A DNA stretch of 64,000 nt. Source: Rubripirellula sp. Its GTDB lineage: Bacteria > Planctomycetota > Planctomycetia > Pirellulales > Pirellulaceae. Position numbers and translations under genes: made by a program. A model generated the notes under the pieces. The model saw nothing but the letters and a program-made list of their open reading frames with translations, searched no databases and was not told the origin of the DNA. The stretch's first letter is position 1. Each line of letters opens with the position of its first letter. Below are positions 48,467 through 61,026 of this stretch, in pieces. The DNA lies in NCBI GenBank assembly GCA_965216875.1, contig OZ244207.1, positions 8,096,001 through 8,160,000 of the forward strand, given 5' to 3'.

Positions 48467-51400
48467 CTACTTCTTCGCTTTGCGTTTGGCTTCGAGCAAG
48501 CGTTCGGTGTAGGTCTTGCTGTCGGCTTCGCTCGAAGGTTTCTCTTCCGCCTTTGGTTTCGGCTTGGACGTTGGAGCCGAGACGTTTTCGAGATCGACAG
48601 GTTCGTCGCCTGCATCGACCGCAGTGGGTTCAAAGCGAACACTTGCGCGACGCTTTTCGAGCGACTCATCAATCGCATCTTTGTTCTTCTTCAATGCGTC
48701 CAAGCGTGCTGTGACCGCCGATTCCTTGTCATCGTTGCCACGCATGCGGTCGAGTGTGCGACCGACCCAATCGAAGTTGATCGCGACTCGACGAACGAAG
48801 ACATCACCTAGGAAGAGACAGCAGCCGCCGAGGACAAACCAGGGCCAAGCGTCGCGAATGCTGCGAGCCAAAGACAGACCGCCGCGAAACGCGTTGGTTT
48901 CGATCAGTTCGGCGCTCGGCTGGTTCTCGAGCGGCACGGTCACCTGTCCCGCTTCACCATCGCGCGGGGTCACACCGGCGAGCGCTTCGATCAGGGCACG
49001 GTTGGTGTCGCGAACTCGGAATTCGTCGCTATAGGGCACCGTGACGCCAGTGGTCAGTGGTGCCGAGCCTGGTCCGGGAATGACATTCACAAAGAAACTG
49101 CCAGCGCGGTCGGCCGGGAACGAGCCCATGTAACGTCCAGGAGCGACCTGCTTCATTCGCAACGGGATCGGATTCAACTCGGGGTCGAGGGCCGAGGCGT
49201 TCATGTCCAAGAAGTTCAAGAACGCGTCGTCTTTGGTGAGCGCGTTGACGATCACTTGGACTTCGCCATCTTTGACCTGGGTGGCCATCGTGAACTTGCC
49301 CGTGTCGCCCGTCGGACGCATGAGCCAGCGAACGAGTTGACTGTGGAATTTGTCGTAACCTTCCCACTGTGTCCAATCGGCAGCCCACCGTGCACCGCCA
49401 TCGGTCGTGAGCACTGCGGTGCGTCCGAGCCCATAGGTCCAAACGGCGAGGACTGTCGCATTCTCAGGCGAATAGGGCTCAGGCGTTTTGGGGGACCGAA
49501 TCAAGACTTGAGCGAGCGGGCTCTCTTTGGCTTGTGTTAAGACAAACCCTGAGATGTTGGGCAGGGTGCGATCGATTCCGTCGAGCAGCGCGTGCGGGAA
49601 AATGACCTCGGGGCGTGCGCCGCCTGGTGGTTCATAGACCAGCGGTTTGGAAACACGGCGCGCTTCGCGTTGAAAGATTCGCGGCAACGCTTTGCCGTTT
49701 GCGACGGCGTAGTATTTGCCGCCAGTGGTTTGGGCGATCTGCTGCAGTCGGCGACTTTCGGTCAAACCGTGCGAGGCGACCGCCACCGTGCTGATCGTGA
49801 TGTTGTTGTCTTTGAACGCCTTGAGCGTCGAAGGTGCGGGGTCACTGGGGTCACCATCACTGATGATGATGCAGTGTTTGACCGAGGCGGGCGTTCGTGC
49901 CAAGCCTGTGACCGCCATCTTCATTGCCGGGTCAAACTGGGGCATGTCGCCCGGTGTCATACGTCCGATCGCGGCCAACATCGCCTTTCGGTTCGGTCCG
50001 ACTTCGAGCAGTCCATTCTTGCCGCCCCATAACCAAGCGTCGCCACGCATCGTCCAATGCAAGACGCCACCAAAGTCGGCCGGTCCAAGTTGCTCGATCG
50101 CTGCGCGTGCGATGACTTTTTGCCAATGGTTGCCGTCCGCCATCTCGCTGGCGTGCATGATGCAGGCCAACGCCCCGACGGCTTGGATCTTGGTGTTCTT
50201 GATCTTAAAGTCGACCGGCATCGCCTTTTCGATTTTCGTTCCCGTCCAACCACCGGCGCCGAATGCTTCAGGACCGCCGATCATCAGCAAACCCGCGCCG
50301 AGCTGCTGTGTGTTGCTGACGAGCATGTCGATCTGTTCGTCCGAGAAGGACGTGATCTGATCACTTGATTCGCCCGAGACGCGGGGCACGCCGGCGAGGA
50401 TAACGGCGTCGTAGGCTTGCAGTTCCGCGAGCGAACTGAACAGCTGGTTGCTCGGCTGCATGACCACTTCGATATTGGCGTCACGAAGCGATTCAACAAG
50501 CAGATCGAAGTCGCCGAGACGTTTGGGATCTTCGATCAACAACACTCGGCCTTTGCCGCGAACGTACGTGTAGGCGGTGGCCGCATTGTTTTGCCTGAGG
50601 CCATCGCTCTCTTTGGTCGAAGGTATCCACTCGGCGTGATACTGATAAGGAGCTGGCTGTTCGATCTGGTGACGAAGCGGAATGACATTCTTGCCCGGAT
50701 CGAGCGTGATGTCTTCCTCCAACAACAGCGAGTCTTCGCCGGCAACCGTTTGCGTCAGCCGCAGTTTGCCTTTGCTCGGCGCGGTGACTTCGCCATCGCC
50801 AAAGTTGTTGACGACGATCCGCATTTCGAAAGGTTGACCTTTGCGAATGTTCGTCGGCAGGTCGAGTTTTTCGACGAGCACTTCGTTGCTGGTATCAAGT
50901 TGGACCGGCACAACATCGATACCGATCCCCGATTCGGCCAATCGACGCGCGAGGCGGCGGGCTTGTCCTAGGTTCTCGTTTCCATCGGTCACAATCACGA
51001 TGCGCCGTGATGTGTCCTCTTCCATCGAGGCTTGCGCGAGACTGAGTGCCGATTCGAGGTTGGTTGCATCCGACCTGCCGAGCGTGGACTCGAGTCGATT
51101 CAGCGGAATCGCATCATCGTACGGTGGGATTTCGATGGTCGCGTCACGCCCAAAGACAATGATGCCCGCACGGTCTTCACGCGCCTCATCGCGATGTTTC
51201 AGAACATTGTTCTTGACGTACTTGAGCATCACCTGGCGTTTGGCCAACGGAATGCTCTCGGATTGGTCAAGCAGGTACATCACCGTGACGCGGTCGTTGA
51301 TCCAAACCAATTGGACGCCCGCCATTGCAAAGACAATCGCAATCCAAACCGACGAACGAAACAACAACGCAAGGGCGCGTCGGAAACGTCCCAAAGCGGC

Positions 51401-51490
51401 AAGCGACGAGAAACCAATCCACCACAGCAGTGGAAGCGCAGCCAGGAGCCACAAGTAAGTTGGATGATCGAAACTCAGTCGAAATGGCAT
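48467..51490 (-). CDS. Membrane protein with two VWA domains and a GATase-like domain
   Basis: BatA-like N-terminal TMs, LLDQSES, VTDGNEN, GGPEAFGAGGW, IISDGDP, WTYGLGR, C-terminal TM. Confidence 0.82.
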   Translation of the reverse strand: MPFRLSFDHPTYLWLLAALPLLWWIGFSSLAALGRFRRALALLFRSSVWIAIVFAMAGVQLVWINDRVTVMYLLDQSESIPLAKRQVMLKYVKNNVLKHRDEAREDRAGIIVFGRDATIEIPPYDDAIPLNRLESTLGRSDATNLESALSLAQASMEEDTSRRIVIVTDGNENLGQARRLARRLAESGIGIDVVPVQLDTSNEVLVEKLDLPTNIRKGQPFEMRIVVNNFGDGEVTAPSKGKLRLTQTVAGEDSLLLEEDITLDPGKNVIPLRHQIEQPAPYQYHAEWIPSTKESDGLRQNNAATAYTYVRGKGRVLLIEDPKRLGDFDLLVESLRDANIEVVMQPSNQLFSSLAELQAYDAVILAGVPRVSGESSDQITSFSDEQIDMLVSNTQQLGAGLLMIGGPEAFGAGGWTGTKIEKAMPVDFKIKNTKIQAVGALACIMHASEMADGNHWQKVIARAAIEQLGPADFGGVLHWTMRGDAWLWGGKNGLLEVGPNRKAMLAAIGRMTPGDMPQFDPAMKMAVTGLARTPASVKHCIIISDGDPSDPAPSTLKAFKDNNITISTVAVASHGLTESRRLQQIAQTTGGKYYAVANGKALPRIFQREARRVSKPLVYEPPGGARPEVIFPHALLDGIDRTLPNISGFVLTQAKESPLAQVLIRSPKTPEPYSPENATVLAVWTYGLGRTAVLTTDGGARWAADWTQWEGYDKFHSQLVRWLMRPTGDTGKFTMATQVKDGEVQVIVNALTKDDAFLNFLDMNASALDPELNPIPLRMKQVAPGRYMGSFPADRAGSFFVNVIPGPGSAPLTTGVTVPYSDEFRVRDTNRALIEALAGVTPRDGEAGQVTVPLENQPSAELIETNAFRGGLSLARSIRDAWPWFVLGGCCLFLGDVFVRRVAINFDWVGRTLDRMRGNDDKESAVTARLDALKKNKDAIDESLEKRRASVRFEPTAVDAGDEPVDLENVSAPTSKPKPKAEEKPSSEADSKTYTERLLEAKRKAKK

Positions 51491-51517
51491 CGGCCTGACC
51501 CAGTGCGACGAAAAACG

Positions 51518-52525
51518 TTAGACGGCTGCGCAGCCGTCTGCGGGGCGCGGTGGGTAAAAGTAGGACGCCGCCAACGTTGCCAACATCCCTGTCGAGCCGG
51601 CAAAGATCACAAACAACGAAATTGCAATGATCGGCAACGCCAACACATCGGTTTGACCTTCTGGGGCAAACACCACAGCCACCACGCTTATCACATTATT
51701 AACGAAATGGGCGAGCATTGCAGGGAAGAGGGACCCGCTGCGCCAAGCGACGACGCCTAAAAAGAGCCCGAGCGGGAAGACAGCAATGACGTGCACCAGA
51801 TCCATGTGGAAAAGTGCGAAAAACAGCGAAGCGACCAAAACGCCAATCGCCGGACGAAATGCCCGTGTTAGACGCGTTTGGACGTAGCCACGGAACAGCA
51901 ATTCCTCGCAAATCGCGGGGGTCGCACCGATCATCAACGCAAGCGGGATCAGGAACCCGGATTGCCCATGGTCCCGGAAAATACCGGACATCTCCTTCAG
52001 CGTTTCGCTCTCGTCCAGAAAGAGACCCACGAAAACGCCCGAAACCATTCCGACCAGGGGCGTCGCGGCCGCGGCGCCAAACCACGCCCAGATCGGCCAA
52101 TTGCCACGCACCAACCCCAGTCGCTCGCGAAGCGGCACGGGGGACGCAAACGCCGCGGCGATCGGTGGAATGATCAAGCCAACCTGTGGGATCACGACCA
52201 AGATGAACAATCCGAGCCGCGACTTGGTGACTTCCTTGAATGAATCCGGGTTTCGCAATAGTTCGAGCGACACTTCGCCATGCACCACGCGAAAGGCGAT
52301 CAGCGACATCACACCGCTGAGAAACAGGAACAGAGCGAGAGAGCTCCCAATGACGGCAAACGGAGACCACCAACGCGGAGGTTTTTCCACTGTGCCAGCT
52401 GTTGTGGGCTGGCTAACCAATGCGGCATCCAAAACGCCGGGATCGCCGAGCGAATCAGGGTCCAGCTCGACGGGCGATTGAAATGGGTCGGGCGTTCCGC
52501 CAGAGAGAGGGTGGTTCGGTTCCAT
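51518..52525 (-). CDS. CPBP (Abi/CAAX) intramembrane glutamic endopeptidase
   Basis: EELLFRG, FALFH, AHFVNN. Confidence 0.9.
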   Translation of the reverse strand: MEPNHPLSGGTPDPFQSPVELDPDSLGDPGVLDAALVSQPTTAGTVEKPPRWWSPFAVIGSSLALFLFLSGVMSLIAFRVVHGEVSLELLRNPDSFKEVTKSRLGLFILVVIPQVGLIIPPIAAAFASPVPLRERLGLVRGNWPIWAWFGAAAATPLVGMVSGVFVGLFLDESETLKEMSGIFRDHGQSGFLIPLALMIGATPAICEELLFRGYVQTRLTRAFRPAIGVLVASLFFALFHMDLVHVIAVFPLGLFLGVVAWRSGSLFPAMLAHFVNNVISVVAVVFAPEGQTDVLALPIIAISLFVIFAGSTGMLATLAASYFYPPRPADGCAAV

Positions 52526-52736
52526 GTAGCTCGGCAAAGTGCGTCGTATGGCGGCAGAATAGGTCCGCGGCGAAACAGTTTAAGCGGTATCGACCTTCAA
52601 TACGCTCTCAAAAGGGCCGAAGTTGGGATGGGAAAGGGCGACCCTCCCCATTTTTTCCGAACTTTCCGAACCGAGCCGTGGTGGAGTGCAGGGCCCGACC
52701 GCTGACCGTTTGTCGTCCCGCCTTTAGGCGGTCTGT

Positions 52737-52772
52737 GAGAAGATTCCGGCTAAAGCTCGGTACTACGAACTG
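52737..52772 (-). repeat. Family D GTAG-type REP-like repeat
   Basis: GAGAAGATTCCGGCTAAAGCTCGGTACTACGAACTG, matching the copy at 14777. Confidence 0.85.
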
Positions 52773-52808
52773 CGTTCCAAGCCGGTCGGCTCACAAACCG
52801 ACGACGTC

Positions 52809-53819
52809 CTATAGACCGGTAGATTCGTCGAGTCCAAACATGACGTTCATGTTTTGGATCGCAGCGCCACTTGCCCCTTTGGCCAAATTGTCGATCGCAC
52901 AAACAAGAACGATGCGGCCACCATTTTGACGCGCGGTCATTTGAACGTAATTCGTTCCACTGACATGCTTCGTTGCTGGCAGATGATCGACCACTTTGAT
53001 GAATTCACATCCTTCGTAAGCCTTGCGCCATGTTTGCATGACGTCGTCGCACGACGACCCGCTGGTTGGACGCACGTAGATGGTCGACAAGATGCCTCGA
53101 TCCATCGGCGTCAAATGCGGCGTGAACAGCACTTCGACGTCGGTGCCACTGATGCGTTGGACGAGGTCCGCGATTTCGGGTTGATGACGATGCTGGCCAA
53201 CGGCATAGGCCGAAACCGACTCGTTCGTTTCGCAGTACAGCATCGCGACTTTCGCACCCCGGCCGCCACCACTGACGCCAGTCTTGCTGTCGACAATGAT
53301 ATCGCTCGGTTCGATCAGCCCCGCATCAACAAGAGGCGCGATCGGCAGAATGGCTGATGTTGGATAACAACCAGGATTAGCCACCACGTCAGCCTGGCGG
53401 ATTTGCTCGGCAAAGAACTCGGGCATCCCGTATGCCGTTTTTCCGATTCGCTCTGGCCACGGGTGTTTGACGCCGTACCACGATTCGTACGTCTCAAGGC
53501 TCGAGAGGCGAAAGTCGGCGCTAAAGTCGACGACGCGAAGGTTGTATTCAACAAGTTGTTTGACCGTTTCGGCTGATGCACCGTGCGGCAAACAGCACAT
53601 GGCCACATCACACTTGTCCGCAAACGTCTTGGCGTCAAACGTTTCGATGGTGACGTCGACTCGGCCAGCCAACGAGGGATGAACCTCGTGGATCGGTTTT
53701 CCGGCGTCACCACGGCTCGTTGCGGTGACAAGTTCAGCGTCCGGGTGATTGCATAGCAGTCGGGCGACTTCCAGAGCGGTGTAACCCGTTGCGCCTACGA
53801 TGCCGACACGAATCGTCAT
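52809..53819 (-). CDS. argC: N-acetyl-gamma-glutamyl-phosphate reductase
   Basis: GATGYT, LPHG, DFSADFRL, ANPGCYPT, GVSGGG, HRHQPEI, IDNLAKGASG. Confidence 0.97.
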   Translation of the reverse strand: MTIRVGIVGATGYTALEVARLLCNHPDAELVTATSRGDAGKPIHEVHPSLAGRVDVTIETFDAKTFADKCDVAMCCLPHGASAETVKQLVEYNLRVVDFSADFRLSSLETYESWYGVKHPWPERIGKTAYGMPEFFAEQIRQADVVANPGCYPTSAILPIAPLVDAGLIEPSDIIVDSKTGVSGGGRGAKVAMLYCETNESVSAYAVGQHRHQPEIADLVQRISGTDVEVLFTPHLTPMDRGILSTIYVRPTSGSSCDDVMQTWRKAYEGCEFIKVVDHLPATKHVSGTNYVQMTARQNGGRIVLVCAIDNLAKGASGAAIQNMNVMFGLDESTGL

Positions 53820-53857
53820 GAAAGTGTTGTGTTTGTTGAGGTTGATTCGGTTGTGTT

Positions 53858-55108
53858 TTAAAGCATGTCTTGATCGACCGCTTCACGTTCATCGGCACTC
53901 AGTTCATACATATCACGAATCAGTTGCCGGTCGCATTCTCGTTGTTCGACCTTGCGTCGCGAGAACATGCGTTGCTGCGTATTGATCATCACGTCAGGCG
54001 GCAGCAACGAAGTCTGGCCGAAAAGCCGAGCGTAGTTGACATAGCTGGGAACGTTTGACGTCACGAAGCCGTACATCATCGTACACACGCCGATGACTTT
54101 GCCAGTGAAAATGCTTGTGTTGATTGCGGTCTTGGAGTAATCGCCGATAAAGCACCCTAAGAACTGCATTCCGGTGGCAACTTTGCGATTGCCGTACGTG
54201 ATATTGATGCGTCCGTAAGTGTTTTTCAGGTCACTGTTGCAGGTGCCGGCGCCTAGATTGATCCAGCTGCCGAGATAACTGTGACCCAGAAAACCATGAT
54301 GCTGTTTGTTCGTAAAAGGTTCGATCACCGACGCTTCGACTTCGCCGCCGATCTTGACGGTGTGCCCAAGTGAGACGCCATCCTTGAGGGCGGCATGTTC
54401 AATCACACGCGTTCCAGCACCGGCATAGACGGGCCCTGACAGAAAACAGAACGGGCCAACTTGGACGTTTTCGTCAAGCAGGATGGGGCCATCGCTTGTG
54501 TCGACAACGGCGTAGTCGCCAATCTCGACCCCTTCTTTGACAAAGACTCCGTCTTCGCGCTGCGTGTAGTTGTCGTTGGCCAGTCGCCATTGCAGTGACG
54601 TGTCCATCTCATTCATGTGCCACTGAACGACATCATGCGGCCAGCCGAATGCGGCCAGAGAAACGTCCGAGGTCGCGGCGTCGCCGGCGATGCGGAGCAG
54701 AGTTTCGACGAGGCTATCTTGTTCGATCGGTTTGCCCGCCAAGTCTGCGGCGCAAATTTTCGCTGCGAGGAAACTGTCATCCTCCGCATCGCGAATGACG
54801 GTCGATTGGCCGCTGTTGGCAATGGCCGCAAGCGAGTCAAAGAGCTCGACACGAGGAACAAGCCTCGCATTGACCAACATGACATCGCCATCGGGAACGG
54901 TGGGTGAAGTCAGACCGTGATCGAGTTCCTGGATCGCACGCAGGTAGGGGCGGACTGCGCCGTGAGCAGTTCCACCCACTCGGTCGGCCAGCCGCTTGAC
55001 GGTATCGACTAAACGCAAACTTGCGCACGTGATCGCGTAGGCAGGGCGAGCTTGTGTGATCGGCCGAAGTTGTTCGACCTGAGCGTCCTCGAAACAAATG
55101 ATCTGCAT
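53858..55108 (-). CDS. Putative sugar nucleotidyl/acyl transferase (GlmU-related, hexapeptide repeats)
   Basis: IICFED..LRPITQARP, KIGGEVEASVI, NKQHHGFLGHSYLGSWINLGAGTCNSDLKNTY. Start at ATG 55108. Confidence 0.85.
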   Translation of the reverse strand: MQIICFEDAQVEQLRPITQARPAYAITCASLRLVDTVKRLADRVGGTAHGAVRPYLRAIQELDHGLTSPTVPDGDVMLVNARLVPRVELFDSLAAIANSGQSTVIRDAEDDSFLAAKICAADLAGKPIEQDSLVETLLRIAGDAATSDVSLAAFGWPHDVVQWHMNEMDTSLQWRLANDNYTQREDGVFVKEGVEIGDYAVVDTSDGPILLDENVQVGPFCFLSGPVYAGAGTRVIEHAALKDGVSLGHTVKIGGEVEASVIEPFTNKQHHGFLGHSYLGSWINLGAGTCNSDLKNTYGRINITYGNRKVATGMQFLGCFIGDYSKTAINTSIFTGKVIGVCTMMYGFVTSNVPSYVNYARLFGQTSLLPPDVMINTQQRMFSRRKVEQRECDRQLIRDMYELSADEREAVDQDML

Positions 55109-55428
55109 GGTGCCAAGGGTCCGTGCGAATGGCTTGAAGAGCGGCAGTAGCGTTGGGGAAAGCGTGCAGCGGTAACACGCGACGTTCCCGACGAAGACCG
55201 AAACGAGTGGGGCCAAAACGTGTATGGCCGTATTGTGTACGCCACCCACCGTTTCTTGGTAGGGAGGGCACCTGTTTGTTGTTTCATCGAATCGCCCGCG
55301 ATTGGGGATCTGCGGAATATGCGGGATGTATGGCAAAGGAGGAAGGCGGCGAATCGCCGACGACCGGTTTGATTGGGCGGCCATCGTCTCGGCTGGTTAG
55401 ACTCGGCAGTGCACGTGGATGGGAAATC

Positions 55429-55490
55429 GTCGCCTTTCGCTCCGCGAAAGTTGCGTCCTCAAACGCGTCTTTTGCCGAGCAAAAGGCGAC
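55429..55490. repeat. Family E palindromic repeat (degenerate right arm)
   Basis: GTCGCCTTTCGCTCCGCGAAAG..CTTTTGCCGAGCAAAAGGCGAC; same left arm as 41717. Confidence 0.8.
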
Positions 55491-55591
55491 TGTTGTTACG
55501 ATCGCCGCCGCATTGCCATCTCCGATCACGCCACGTGCCCCACATCTCTTGTCCTCCACTCGTCTCGGCATTCGGCACGCGCGTTGTCGCT

Positions 55592-56710
55592 ATGTTGCTA
55601 ATGCTCGGCTGCTCGCAAATCGCCACGGGACAATCGATAGCGGCTCGGGACGATGATTCGGGTGTTCATCGGTTGGCTGGCAAGCTTGCCAGTGAGAGTT
55701 TTCGAGAACGCGAAATCGCACAACGAAAGTTGCGTCGACTTGCCTCGCAAGATCTGACGATTCGGCAACAGGTGATGACGGCTCTTCAACAGGCCGCGAT
55801 TGAACCCGATCTCGAATGCCGGATCGCAGCGCAGCGGTTGCTCGAGGACATCGAACAAGACGCGTTCGACCACCAAGTTGCGTCGCTGGCAAATCTTGGC
55901 TTGAGTCCGCGGCAAATCGATTTGCCTGGCTGGGACGCCTTCATGCGACTTGCTGGCGACGACCATCATGCAAGGACGGTGTTCGCGACATTGGTGCGCC
56001 GGTTTCAAAAACTGCTTACCCATCCGGATCATCAAAGGCGAGTGGTGACGTCATTGGATCTCTATCAGATTGCGCCCGATGACAAAACGACTTGGATTCT
56101 GGTTCTTGGATCTGCGACTCAGGACGATTCACCTTTGTCGAAGGCCTTCACAGCCAAGCTCGCAAGTCTCTTGGCACACTCGACGATCGCTCCCACGGTT
56201 GCAAGCGACTCCAGTAGTGTTGTGTTGAAACGATTGATAGGGCGATGGATCGAGCGGAACAAAACCACGGTCGCTGCTCGCCAACGCTTGCGCATCGCGA
56301 TGCGATACAAATGTTTTGAAACGGCACGCATGGTGTGCAACGCAGTGTTCGAAAACATGGACGCGCCGGCGTCGTCTCACGTCGCCGCGTTGCTGTGCGG
56401 TTCGGCGGTTGATTTGGATTCGATCGACACACGGCTGCAACATGCCCTGACCGATGAACGCGTGTCGCACGTTTGGCAGATGGTTGTTTCGAGAGAGACG
56501 AAGATACGTACTCAAGTCCGCGACGTCGCATTGGCATTGTTGCTACACCGCGAAGGGATTGACCCTCGAAGCGTCGGTTTCAGAGACTTGCAAGCGGATC
56601 CGATCGTCGTTTACCGCGAGCACAGTTTGGGATTTGCCCTCGATGCCGATCGCGCGGAAGCCCTTCGCAAAGCAACTGCCCTGTTAAAGGCACGAGGGAT
56701 TTCGCTTTAA
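55592..56710 (+). CDS. Hypothetical HEAT-like helical protein
   Basis: LASESFREREIAQRKL, DLPGW, TQVRDVALA. Start uncertain. Confidence 0.7.
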   Translation: MLLMLGCSQIATGQSIAARDDDSGVHRLAGKLASESFREREIAQRKLRRLASQDLTIRQQVMTALQQAAIEPDLECRIAAQRLLEDIEQDAFDHQVASLANLGLSPRQIDLPGWDAFMRLAGDDHHARTVFATLVRRFQKLLTHPDHQRRVVTSLDLYQIAPDDKTTWILVLGSATQDDSPLSKAFTAKLASLLAHSTIAPTVASDSSSVVLKRLIGRWIERNKTTVAARQRLRIAMRYKCFETARMVCNAVFENMDAPASSHVAALLCGSAVDLDSIDTRLQHALTDERVSHVWQMVVSRETKIRTQVRDVALALLLHREGIDPRSVGFRDLQADPIVVYREHSLGFALDADRAEALRKATALLKARGISL

Positions 56711-56814
56711 GGTAGTGGACGAGGCAACGAGTCCCATTGGGGCAAACTCGAGAATGCGACTTGAAGATGAGCGGAAGGACACTCGCGGATCGTCATGCAC
56801 AGCATGACCTACGA

Positions 56815-58101
56815 TTACCGCCAATCGGCGGCCAACGCCGGGTTGCTGACCGGTTCCTCTGCTTCGCATTCGGGAACGGCAATGCCGAGGTCCGCGGCAA
56901 GTTGGTCGATCGTTTCCGAATTGAATCGACGGCTGAAAAGGAATTGCTGTTCCCTGTCGTCGATGGTCGCTTTCACGCGGTGGATCACCCAGCCTTTGCA
57001 AATCGATGGATTGCAATCGGCGGGAAGCGGGTGAGATTTTGACGGCATCCACCACAGGCCTTCGTGCAGCGTCCAACCGTCACCCGTATCGTCACGGCGC
57101 AACTTCAATTTGCTCTTGGCCTTAAACGGACCAATCGCCTCGCGTGAAAACACGACCAGCTCTTTGTGCTTGGGTATTCCGTAACTACCGAACACACTCG
57201 ACAAGACCGGATCGAGCACCATGGTGCGATAGAAACGAACTTGTCGGTTGATCCAGCGAAACACGATCGCCGCCATGACCAACAGACAGAGGTTGATGAT
57301 CGTGGCAAGTGTTGGGCTAAACGCATAAACGGCAAGCAACGCGGCGCACAGCGTTTTGTTGCAGATCTCGAAGATCCCGTCGAGCATCGGTACGGGGGTA
57401 AGCCAAACGAGAAACTCGAAGAAGAATTTCACGCTATTGATCACGACGATGTTGATCACCATCGCCAAGGCAAGCAGCGTGTCTGCCGTGAAGCTCATGA
57501 ATCCCATTTGAATCATCGCCACGTCGGTGTCTGCACTTGATGCTTCGAGCGAAGCGGTGACTTTGATTGCCAACAGGATCACGATCACCGAATAGGCTTC
57601 GAGTTGATCGACGGCTTGGGCGAAGGGTTTGCTGACTTTGGTAAATCGTGGCACGCTCGTGATCGTTGTCAGCACCGCAAACGCGATGAACAGCCATTCG
57701 TTTTTGAGCGGCCCCGTTGACCCGACAAGAGCGTTGTTGCTGAGCGATTCGGGGCCCCAAAGTGCGAGTGCGGACAAGCAAGTGACGCCAAAGAACGGAG
57801 AAATCGCGACCGGCGCAAGCGGGCCCATCCATTCCGCGACACCCGATGAGGCGAGCCAAGTGTTGGCCGCTGTGACCTTTTCAGCAGAAAAATCTTTGCC
57901 TTCCAATTCCGATTGCACCTTTTGCGCAATGTCAGAATCGGGGCTCAGGTCCAACGTGGCGGCATCGTCGGCCGCGGCCGCTTCTTCCTCGGTCGCCTGA
58001 GCAACCAGGCTCACTGCGGGTTGCGCCGTGAATTGCTCGTTCCAGCGGATGGTCGGAGCAACCGCAATCACGCAAGCGAAACAAAGAAGGAGAGGTCGCA
58101 T
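56815..58101 (-). CDS. Hypothetical multi-TM membrane protein
   Basis: Signal peptide plus several TM segments (AISPFFG, EFLVWLTPVPMLD). Confidence 0.72.
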   Translation of the reverse strand: MRPLLLCFACVIAVAPTIRWNEQFTAQPAVSLVAQATEEEAAAADDAATLDLSPDSDIAQKVQSELEGKDFSAEKVTAANTWLASSGVAEWMGPLAPVAISPFFGVTCLSALALWGPESLSNNALVGSTGPLKNEWLFIAFAVLTTITSVPRFTKVSKPFAQAVDQLEAYSVIVILLAIKVTASLEASSADTDVAMIQMGFMSFTADTLLALAMVINIVVINSVKFFFEFLVWLTPVPMLDGIFEICNKTLCAALLAVYAFSPTLATIINLCLLVMAAIVFRWINRQVRFYRTMVLDPVLSSVFGSYGIPKHKELVVFSREAIGPFKAKSKLKLRRDDTGDGWTLHEGLWWMPSKSHPLPADCNPSICKGWVIHRVKATIDDREQQFLFSRRFNSETIDQLAADLGIAVPECEAEEPVSNPALAADWR

Positions 58102-58241
58102 GGTCCACCTGGAGTGTATCGGGAAGTGACTCGCACGCGTATTCTATCGTCGGCCCGCGATCTTGGTTTCACCACGCCAGGAAGCCCCAATATTCCCGAC
58201 CGTGTAGGTCATGCTCCGCATGACACGTTCACCAAACGCCC

Positions 58242-58304
58242 GTTTGTAGTACCGAGCGTTAGCCGGAATCTTCACGTCTTCCGGCCAATGACGGTACTAC
58301 GAAC
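58242..58304. repeat. Inverted pair of family D repeats downstream of thiC
   Basis: GTAGTACCGAGCGTTAGCCGGAA ... TTCCGGCCAATGACGGTACTAC. Confidence 0.78.
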
Positions 58305-58352
58305 AAATACTGACGGCTCAACGTGTGAGCGTTTGATCCCAATCGACCTGGC

Positions 58353-60443
<2,091 letters not shown>

Positions 60444-60510
60444 TCAAAATGGAGACTGGGAAAGACTCGGAAAGAGAGAAAAAACGGCCACGGCACGATC
60501 GCAATCGCCT

Positions 60511-60605
60511 CCTCGCTCCCTTCGTCGGAATGATCCGTATCAGGTTCAAAGGGTCTTTTCGGCGGCGAGCCAAAAATCTCAGTCCAAACGGACTCCCCTG
60601 CGGAC
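60511..60605 (-). ncRNA. TPP riboswitch (THI element)
   Basis: Minus strand GGGGAGUCC..GGACUGAGA..GACCCUUUGAACCUGAUACGGAUCAUUCCGACGAAGGGAGC, upstream of thiC. Confidence 0.93.
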
Positions 60606-60701
60606 GGTTCAGGATAGCGATCACCCCGCTCAATTCAAGGGAGCAAGTCGTGGTCGCGGCGTGCGAGGATTCCCCCTCCGTGAGGTCGATCAATCATCAA
60701 C

Positions 60702-60744
60702 ACCCTCCTTTTCAAGGAGGGTCGGGCGCTAAAGCCCGGGGAGG
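60702..60744. repeat. Double-hairpin REP-like element, single copy in the window
   Basis: ACCCTCCTT-TTC-AAGGAGGGT followed by CGGGC-GCTAAA-GCCCG. Confidence 0.4.
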
Positions 60745-61026
60745 TTTCCCTACCGCCCTCGATTCGCCACCACCGCATAAGCGGCTCACTTGCGATTGCC
60801 TCCGTGCCCCCTGTGAACTCTGTGGCAACAACCGAGGCCACGAACGCGGCAATGCAGCTAACACCAAAGCTGACGGAATCGAATAAAGGCGCGCTCCCAA
60901 AGCACCCCGGTTGAGCCTATCAGCCAACGAGGCGGACTTTTCCTTTTTTGGCAACACCGTCGGCGGCACACTCGCCGACACCCTGGCGACCCGGTCGTCG
61001 GCCCACGAATCGAGAAACCAACCAGG

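Noticed and set aside
52628..52656. Hairpin followed by a T-run (terminator-like) on the + strand
   Set aside because: Imperfect stem and no + strand gene upstream; both neighbours are on the - strand.
55109..55591. N-terminal extensions of ORFs 53858..55384 and 55373..56710
   Set aside because: They run through the divergent intergenic region, which includes a family E palindrome; downstream ATGs fit better.
60610..61026. Second (tandem) riboswitch or tRNA upstream of thiC/DUF418
   Set aside because: No second CUGAGA/ACCUGA core and no cloverleaf or TTCGA arm pattern found; only a REP-like double hairpin.
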